From: Octopus sinensis
Taxonomy: Eukaryota
NCBI RefSeq assembly: GCF_006345805.1
Contig: NW_021824785.1
Span: 1-17,554 of the forward strand
DNA: 17,554 bases
Reading direction: 5' to 3'
Position 1 is the first letter of the stretch. The number at the start of each line of letters is the position of its first letter. Shown piece by piece: positions 10,736 to 17,554 of the stretch. The notes beneath the pieces were generated by a model. It had not been told where the DNA came from and did not search any database. It saw only the letters and a list, made by a program, of their open reading frames with translations. A program made the translations under genes and the position numbers.

Positions 10736-11283
10736 TAGGTGCAGGAGTGGCTGAGTGGTAAGTAGCTTGCTTACGAACCACATGTTTCCGGGTTCAGTCC
10801 CACTGCGTGGCACTTTGGGCAAGTGTCTTCTACTATAGCCTCGGGCTGACCAAAGCCTTGTGAGTGGATTTGGTAGACGGAAACTGAAAGAAGCCCGTCG
10901 TATAATGTATGTGTGTGAGTCTTTGTGTGTGTTTGCTCCCCTCCTATCGCCTGGCAAGCGGTATTGGCGTGTTTACGTCCCTGTAATCGTGCAGTTCGCC
11001 AAAAGATACCGATAGAATAAGTACAGGGCTTAAAGAAAATAGGCGGCGAGGCGGTGATGTGGTAGAAACGTGTGTTTGTGTGTCTGTGTTTGTCCCCCGA
11101 ACATCGCTTGACAACCGATGTTGGTGTGTTTACGTCCCCGTAACTCAGCGGTTCGGCAAAAGTGACCGATAGAATAAGTATTAGGCTTACAAAGAATAAG
11201 ACCTTGGGTCGATTTTCTCGACTAAAGGCGGTGCTCCAGCATGGCCACAGTCAAATGACTGAAACAGGTAAAAGAAAGTAAAG
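10736..11283 (+). mobile_element. SINE family 2 (10736-11041) + family-1 head fragment (11042-11071) + second family-2 3' half (11072-11283)
   Basis: A-box TGGCTGAGTGGT, B-box GGGTTCAGTCCC, and a junction TTAAAGAAAATA|GGCGG matching the one at 8730. Confidence 0.85.
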
Positions 11284-11356
11284 CGAGTATGAGTCTGTCT
11301 GCTTTTTCTGGATCTTCTTGCTCGCATAACGTTCGAACCTGGCCACGCTTATTGCA

Positions 11357-11698
11357 TTACTCTTTTACTCTTTTACTTGTTTCAGTCATTTGACTGTGGC
11401 CATGCTGGAGCACCGCCTTTAGTCTTGCAAATCTACCCCAGGACTTATTCTTTGTAAGCCTAGTACTTATTCTATTGGTCTCTTTTCTCTTTTACTCTTT
11501 TACTTGTTTCAGTCATTTGACTGCGGCCATGCTGGAGCACCGCCTTTAATCGAGCAACTCGACCCCGGGACTTATTCTTTGTAAGCCCAGTACTTATTCT
11601 ATCGGTCTCTTTTTGCCGAACAGCTAAGTAACGGGGACATAAACACACCAGCATCGGTTGTCAAGCGATGTGGGGGACACACACAGGCACACAAACAT

Positions 11699-11744
<46 letters not shown>

Positions 11745-11922
11745 TATATATATACATATATAAGACGGGCTTCTTTCAGTTTCCGTCTACCAAATCCACT
11801 CACAAGGCTTTGGTCGGCCCGAGGCTATAGCAGAAGACACTTTCCCAAGGTGCCACGCAGTGGGATTGAACCCGGAACCATGTGGTTGGTAAACAAGCTA
11901 CTTACCACACAGCCACTCATGC
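11357..11922 (-). mobile_element. SINE family 2, full length (11487-11922), with a tandem extra tail (11357-11486)
   Basis: Two CTCTTTTACTCTTTTACTTGTTTCAGTCATTTGACTG blocks about 130 bp apart; the head is well preserved. Confidence 0.9.
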
Positions 11923-11934
11923 ATTACCATAATT

Positions 11935-12185
11935 CTGTTGAAGTACATTGCCTTTGTTTCATTTAATCTTTCAAATAATTAAGAATTTATAGTAAAAGAA
12001 CTTTGTCGTTATTAAGTCGGTGTTTGAAGCATAAATTAACATGAAATTTTGATGGGATTTTTTTTTTTTAGACCGCATTAATCCTCTTGTTTGGCGTGTT
12101 TCTGTTGAAATTCACTGCTTTTGTTTCAATAAATTTTGAAGACAATGAAGAATTTAGTGAAATAACTTAAGCTGGTGTTTGGCAT
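11935..12185. repeat. Diverged AT-rich direct repeat, period ~167 bp
   Basis: CTGTTGAA...TTTGTTTCA...AAGAATTTA...TAAG..GGTGTTTG at 11935 and again at 12102. Confidence 0.7.
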
Positions 12186-12333
12186 GACCAGAATTATCAA
12201 GAAAGATGGTTGAAAAGAACGAACAGCATGGTACCGTAGGCTGCATGTAGCAAGCCCGCTACGTATGAAAAGCTACAGCGATTATTTACATTATTTACAT
12301 TCGACAGATATTTGTCCGGTCTTGTTTATTGTT

Positions 12334-12379
12334 AACACAACGTTTCGTCTGATATACCCTCCAGCCTTCATCAGGTGTC
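12334..12379 (-). ncRNA. Minimal type I hammerhead ribozyme (Penelope type)
   Basis: Minus strand GACAC-CTGATGA-A-GGCTG(gagggtatat)CAGAC-GAAAC-GTT-GTGTT. Stem I GACAC/GUGUU, intact core, stem II with one mismatch, palindromic AACGUU stem III, GUU cleavage triplet. Confidence 0.8.
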
Positions 12380-12432
12380 TTGAGGAAATTTCGAACCTGG
12401 GTTCTCATTCCTAAAGTATTTTTTCAATGGTA

Positions 12433-12474
12433 TTCTTCTTCTTCTTCTTCTTCTTATTATTATTATTATTATTA

Positions 12475-12536
<62 letters not shown>
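12433..12536. repeat. (TTC)n-(TTA)n microsatellite internal to the element
   Basis: Direct reading. Confidence 0.95.
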
Positions 12537-12540
<4 letters not shown>

Positions 12541-12544
12541 TCAC

Positions 12545-12612
12545 TGCTTGGGAATCGAACTCGGAATCTTGGGGTTAGTAGCCCGCGCTCTTAACCACTT
12601 TGCCATATGCCC
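12545..12612 (-). promoter_or_regulatory. tRNA-derived internal Pol III promoter (tRNA-Arg-like head)
   Basis: A-box TGGCAAAGTGG (12595-12605) and B-box GAGTTCGATTCC (12551-12562). GGGC..TGGC..TGG.TAA..CTAC..AAGATTCC..GTTCGA.TCC follows tRNA-Arg(ACG) as I recall it. The T-stem does not pair, so it is not a functional tRNA. Confidence 0.7.
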
Positions 12613-12789
12613 GTGGGCATATGGCTGGAGGGTATCTCAGACGAAACGTTGTGTTAACAACAAACAAGATAAGGACAAATATCCGTCGAATGTAAATAAT
12701 GTAAATAATGTAAATAATTCCTCATCTCTTAAATATAGAACTGTATAAACGACAGCGAGTTCCAACAAAACCTAAGTGAAAAGAAACAA

Positions 12790-13200
12790 TAATCCTTTCT
12801 ACTAAAGGCACAAGGCCTCAAATTTGTGGGGAGGGGACTAGTCGATTACATCGACGCCAATGTTTCACTGGTACTTAATTTATCGACCCCGAAAGGATGA
12901 AAGGTAAAGTCGACCTCGGCGGAATTTGAACTCAGAGTGTGAAAACGGACGGAATACCGCTAAGCATTTCGTCCGGCTTACTAACGATTCTTTCTACTAT
13001 TGGCACAAGGCCTGAAATTTGCTGGGATGGGGCCAGTCGCTTAGATCGAGTCCCGTACGCAACTGGTACTTAATTTATCGACCCCGAAGCGATGGAAGAC
13101 AAAGTCGACCTCGAAGGAATTTGAACTCAGAACATAAAGATGGACAAAACACAGCTAAGCATTTCGTCCGGCGTGCTTACGATTCTACCAGTTTGCTGCC
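12790..13200 (-). mobile_element. Two head-to-tail family-1 SINEs (12790-12990 and 12991-13200)
   Basis: Central block and B-box are present twice; fused at GTAGAAAG|AATCGTTAG on the minus strand. Confidence 0.9.
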
Positions 13201-13201
13201 T

Positions 13202-13580
13202 AAGATCACTCAGAGAATGCAAACCTCCGCCAAGACAACATCAACATCCTCTCAACGATTAACCAGAGATGATTTTAAAATGAGAATATCTGAAATAAAC
13301 TCAACTGCTCTCACAAATGAGAATACTAAAAATGAACCTGATCGCTCTCAAAAATTAAGTAAAGAAAACAGGAAAAATAATCCAGAATCCTTGTCCGGTA
13401 CCAGATTGATCCTAAAATCTAATCAGTTTGTGCCAGTCGCAAGGTCAAACATCTCTGAAAGTTTCATCCAAATTCATCCATCGGTTCTTGAGATTTCTTG
13501 TCCATAGACAAACATACAAACAAACAAACAAATACGACTGAAAACAATACTTGGGCCTTCGCTAAGGCAGAGGTAATAAT
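13202..13580 (-). mobile_element. Second Helentron-type element, same family as 1291-1655
   Basis: ACCTCCGCC (13223-13231) and GGCAGAGGT (13566-13574); shares the CCTTAGC.AAGG, GTCCGGTACC, AAAATCTAATCAG and AAAGTTTCATCCAAAT blocks with the first copy. Confidence 0.8.
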
Positions 13581-13589
13581 AATCATGGC

Positions 13590-13870
13590 CACCACCGTTG
13601 TTACCTCCACCACCAACATCATCATCACTACAACTAGCATCATTGTCATCACCATCATCCCACCACCATTATCATCATCGTCATCGCAGTAGTAGTAATA
13701 GCTCTTATCGTCATCACTAGCATCGCCATCAAGATCATTACTATTATCATCATCATCATCATCATCATCATCATCGTCATCATCGTGACTGTCCCCACCA
13801 CCACCATCATACAGTCACTGTCACTACCGCCACCAACCAATGGGCCACACCCTCCCACCCCGCCCACAAC
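13590..13870. repeat. Degenerate (CAC/CAT)n low-complexity tract
   Basis: Cryptic trinucleotide repeat. Confidence 0.85.
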
Positions 13871-13989
13871 CCGTAACAATATCCCTCCCCCTCCCCTTAA
13901 AACTGAAATAGGTTATGAGTCAACAGGTGGAGTGGATTAACAAAGCGTGACGTACTTCAAGTCACATGGGAGAGGTTAATTAGTGCAAT

Positions 13990-14425
13990 GTGGTCTCTGG
14001 GGTCTGGTGGGAGGAGGGGGATAGGAGATGAAGGTTACTGATAGCAGTGGTGGTTTTGGAGGTGGTGGTGGTGGTGTTTGCGATGATGGTGATGGTGGTG
14101 GTGGCGATTGTGGTTTTGATGGTGGTGGTAATGTTGGCGGTTGTAGTAGTGGTGAAGGTTATGGCAGCGGTAGTAGTGGTGAAGGTTGTGGTGGTAATGG
14201 TTGTGGTGGTAATGGTTTTAGTGGTAGTGGTTGTAGTGGCGGCAGTGGTGATGATGGCGGTAGTGGTGTTGGTGGTGGATGCGATGTTGGTTGTAGTATT
14301 GGTATCAGTGGCAGGTGTAGTAAATATCATTTTGGTAGCGGTGGTAGTGATGATGGTTGTAACGGTGAAGATTGCGGTGCTGGTAGTGACGATGGTGGTG
14401 GTATTGGAGGTGGTGGTGGTGTGTC
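13990..14425. repeat. Degenerate (GGT/GAT)n low-complexity tract
   Basis: Cryptic trinucleotide repeat, open in several frames on both strands. Confidence 0.85.
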
Positions 14426-14518
14426 ATATTAATTAATTAAATCAGTCGGTGGCCAAAGAAGAAAAAAGAATTTGAGTTTAATGAGTTTTGCCCAACCACT
14501 GACTCAAACAGGCTAAAA

Positions 14519-14604
14519 CAACAACAACCACTACAAGAATACTTCTACTACTACTACTACTACTACTACTATTACTACTACTACTACTACTACTACTATT
14601 ACTA

Positions 14605-14642
<38 letters not shown>

Positions 14643-15195
14643 ACAACTACAAGAATACTACTACTACTACTACTACTACTACTACAAGAATGCAATTACT
14701 ATTACTACTTTACTACTACTTCTACTACTACTACAACAACAATACTACTACTACTGCTACTGCTGCTGCTGCTACTACTATTACTACTACAATAATTAAA
14801 GCAACAACAACCACAATAATTTCCACAATTACTATTACAATTACTACTACTAAGTAGCAATTATAACAGCAATGACTGCAATAACTACTACTACTACTAC
14901 TACTAATGCTGCTGCTGCTGTTGCTACTAGGCAAACTGTAGCAACAATGACTACTACACCTATTACCACTGCTTCAATTAATAACACCATTACCACCACT
15001 ACTATTACGCAATTGGTAACAACGGCTTCTACTATCACTAGTGCAACTAGCAACATTCCCCCCCACCCACACACACACACAGACCACCACCACTGCTACA
15101 GCAGCAGCAACAACATCAACAACAATTCCAACCACACATACAGTTGCTTCTACTATTTTAGCTACTACCACAACTGTAACAAAAACAACAGCAAC
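14519..15195. repeat. (ACT)n/(GCT)n/(ACA)n pure and degenerate trinucleotide tract
   Basis: Direct reading. Confidence 0.85.
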
Positions 15196-15342
15196 AATTA
15201 CAAATTTCTTCCAGGTCCGGAACTGAGCTTTGGGGTCATATTCTGCGCCACAGAAACAGTGGATTGTTCTGACAATTCTAGAGCTAATAAATGCAACTGA
15301 ATCCGCATAGGCAAGTCATACCAGTGAGTCGTACGAAATAAT

Positions 15343-15564
15343 CTTGTCTACTTTAGGTACAAGGCTCGAAATTTTGTGGGTGGGAGCCAGTCGATTAGAT
15401 TGACCCTCCCCCTCCAGTACGCAACTGGTACTTAATTTATCGACTCCGAAAGGATGAAAAGCAAAGTCGACCTCGGCGGAATTTGAACCCAGAACGTAAC
15501 GGCAGACGAAATACCGCTGAGTATTTCGCCCAGCGTGTTAAGGTGTCTGCCAGCTCGCCGCCTT
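15343..15564 (-). mobile_element. SINE family 1, full length, with 16-bp target-site duplication
   Basis: AGTCGTACGAAATAAT (15327-15342) and AGTCATATGAAATAAT (15565-15580). Confidence 0.9.
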
Positions 15565-16020
15565 AGTCATATGAAATAATGTTTAATGTTAGTTGTCAGC
15601 ATTGCTTATGTACTGGTACCTATGCAATCAGATGATATAGTCGGCCTTCGCATTGGTCACGGTGCAAATATTAGACGAAGAGGTGAGTGACGTATTCAAG
15701 TCGTCGAAGTAGCTGCCGCTCACTTTGTTTCCAGCGCCCATCATTGGCGGTGGGTTGTTGTTGCGGACGCACTGGTTTTGAGACAGTGTTCTGTAAAGTC
15801 CTGTCTTTGCTATGTTTTGCTCGAAAAGCATGCGATTTGAAGTCTCATACTGACAGAGTGGAAGACACACAACTTAAAATCAGTCCTTTCCTCTCTAGAG
15901 TATTAAGAACTTCTTCATTCGCAGCGCTTTCGCGAATTCCCATGACTCTCTCTAGCCATCCAATTCCATGAATTTGAATCGGAAGCTTGAATTTGACTTG
16001 GGAACTTGAATCATAATGAA

Positions 16021-16595
16021 TCTTTCATTATCTGATTACTCAACCAGGGACGTCACCCCTATGGATGCATTGCAGTTATTTTCTTCATAGAGATTGTTAA
16101 TCCTGATCTTTGATATAGGATTCTTCCGCTCAACATCAACGTAAGACGCACCACTGGCTCATTTGAGCTCTCCGATACCTCTTCACAACCCACCATGCTG
16201 CAATCCCGTGATTTCACAATGTCTCTGGCAGGATAGCTGGACGACTGCTATGCCTTGTCAAAGGGTAGCGTGTAACTATGCAGGGCATAGTCCTCACTTT
16301 GTGATATTCATTAACTGATTATACAACCATGGACGTCATCCTTATGAATGAGTTGCAGTTACTCTCTTAATACAGCTTGGTGATCTTGACCGCCGAGCTT
16401 CTAGGATTCCTCCGCTCAGCCTCAATATAAGAAGCACTGTTGGCCGAGTTGAGCTTTTCCTCCACCTCTTCACAATCCGCTATGCTGTAGTCCCATGACT
16501 TTGCCGTATTCCTGGATGGTGGTTGAACGAGTGCTATGTCTTGCCAAAAAGCAATCTGTAATTGTTTAGGGCAAGGTCCCCACTCCGTTAGGTAT
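16021..16595. repeat. Diverged two-unit tandem repeat, period 283-286 bp, unknown origin
   Basis: Colinear anchors: CTGATTA (16032/16315), GGACGTCA, TTGCAGTTA, TAGGATTC.TCCGCTCA, CTCTTCACAA, TGCTATG.CTTG and AGGGCA (16282/16568). Confidence 0.9.
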
Positions 16596-16776
16596 TTTGA
16601 AAATACTCGCATACCCTTAACCAAAAGTTAAGATTGAGATAACACTGAACAAACATTCTACAGAAGATATGGCCACTTGACTGTGACATACATGAGTCAC
16701 CAACGTGTCCTGACGCTCTAATGACCAGTAACCTGACCCTAATGCTTGGGAGGTGGACCAGCGACCCAACTCTATA

Positions 16777-16830
16777 CTGTAAAGAAGAAATAAGAAACAG
16801 AGAAATAGATGTCAGTGAACAAAAATGCAA
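16777..16830 (-). promoter_or_regulatory. Strong 3' splice acceptor on the minus strand
   Basis: CACTGAC branch point, then ATCTATTTCTCTGTTTCTTATTTCTTCTTTACAG; an exon would start at 16776. Confidence 0.5.
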
Positions 16831-16918
16831 ATATAAAAAAAAGGCACTACCCGAACGATTATCGCAAAACAATCTGACCGACACCCTAACATATTTGTCA
16901 ACTGAGCATATATATGTG

Positions 16919-17393
16919 GGCGCAGGCGTGGCTTATTGGCACTGGCGTGGCTTTATAGGCGCAGGTGCGACTTTGTGGTAAGAATCTTGCTTCCCAGTCA
17001 CATGGTTCTAGGTTCATTCCCACTATAGCACCTTGGTCAAGTGTCTTCTAAGATAGCCCTGGTCTGACCAAAGCCTTGTGAATGGATTTGGTTGAGGGAA
17101 ACTGAAAGAAGCCCGCCCTATATATGTCAAAATACATATGTGTAAGTTTGCATATTACTTTTGTGAGTATATGAATGTGCGTGTGTGAGCGTTTTGTCTA
17201 TGTTTGTCCCCCACCAACCAGTGTTGGTGTGTTTACGTCCCCATAACTTAGCGATTCCACAAAAGCTACGGATGGAATAAGTAACAGCTTTAAAAATAAA
17301 ATATGCACTGGGGTCGATTCGTTCGAGTAAAATTCCAAAGGCGGTGCCCCAGCGGGGCCGCAGTCTAGTTGCTGAAACAAGTAAAAGATAAAA
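16919..17393 (+). mobile_element. SINE family 2, full length, with triplicated 5' end
   Basis: Head, CORE-like CACCTTGGTCAAGTGTCTTC, internal microsatellite and tail are all present. Confidence 0.9.
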
Positions 17394-17409
17394 CACACAC
17401 ACACACACA

Positions 17410-17554
17410 CAGGGTGGCCCAAAAGTAGGTTTACAGTTATCACGTGTGGACTTTAAATTTGTTTTAAAACATTTTATTACATTTAAATTTCTATCTTACA
17501 ATTAACTAAATTAGAATAATGGATTCATATTTTTTATAATTCAGATCTAAACTT
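17410..17554 (+). mobile_element. Probable left end of a Tc1/mariner-type element, running off the window
   Basis: CAGGGTGGCCCAAAAGTAGGTTTACAGTT resembles mariner-type TIR starts. The expected TA target is obscured by (AC)n and the partner TIR is not in the window. Confidence 0.45.

Larger units (their letters stand above)
12282..12751 (-). mobile_element. Non-autonomous retroelement: tRNA-like head + microsatellite + hammerhead tail, with 5'-inverted tail copy and 7-bp flanking direct repeat
   Basis: Inverted arms 12281-12366 and 12623-12709; tRNA-like head 12545-12612; hammerhead 12334-12379; ACAGCGA at 12275-12281 and 12752-12758. Confidence 0.75.

Noticed and set aside
12545-12612. Functional tRNA gene
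   Set aside because: T-stem and acceptor stem do not pair; treated as a SINE head.
13019-13507. 162-aa plus-strand ORF
   Set aside because: Runs antisense through a SINE and a Helentron-type element; no domain-like content.
14028-14436. Gly/Ser-rich or Thr-rich ORFs as a structural or mucin-like protein
   Set aside because: Open in several frames on both strands, with no signal peptide or splice context.
14872-15316. Thr-rich ORF and plus-strand pseudo-exon (TTCCAG|15214 ... TAG|GCAAGT)
   Set aside because: The pseudo-exon has stops in all three frames, and the Thr-rich frame shifts at the (AC)n run.
16030-16340. SECIS elements (RTGA...AA...GA) on the minus strand
   Set aside because: The required helix between the ATGA/GTGA quartet and the AA loop does not pair.
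16530-16560. Trypsin-like DIALV motif
   Set aside because: No TAAHC or GDSGGP motifs at appropriate spacing.
16540-16776. RNase MRP/P RNA, suggested by AAGGTCCCC after a hairpin
   Set aside because: No complementary CR-V (GGGGCU-type) motif downstream, and the motif is not kept in unit A.

Overview
AT-rich eukaryotic (animal) intronic or intergenic DNA. The microsatellite load and the SINE families look like a coleoid cephalopod, most likely Octopus; this rests on my recall of those repeats, not on a search. No intact protein-coding gene is supported, and most ORF-track entries are translated microsatellites. The window holds: about 20 copies or fragments of two tRNA-derived SINE families; a frameshifted R4/Dong-type LINE reverse transcriptase fragment next to (TAA)n; two Helentron-type non-autonomous elements; a fold-back MITE; and Helitron, hAT and Tc1/mariner ends. 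The most interesting element is at 12282-12751. It joins a tRNA-Arg-like Pol III head to a Penelope-type minimal hammerhead ribozyme, has a 5'-inverted copy of its own tail, and is flanked by a 7-bp direct repeat, so it looks like a ribozyme-bearing SINE mobilised by Penelope-like elements. A second, different hammerhead lies at 7375-7426. An unexplained diverged ~285-bp tandem dimer (16021-16595) has a hairpin with compensatory substitutions. There are weak hints of small exons of a minus-strand host gene.
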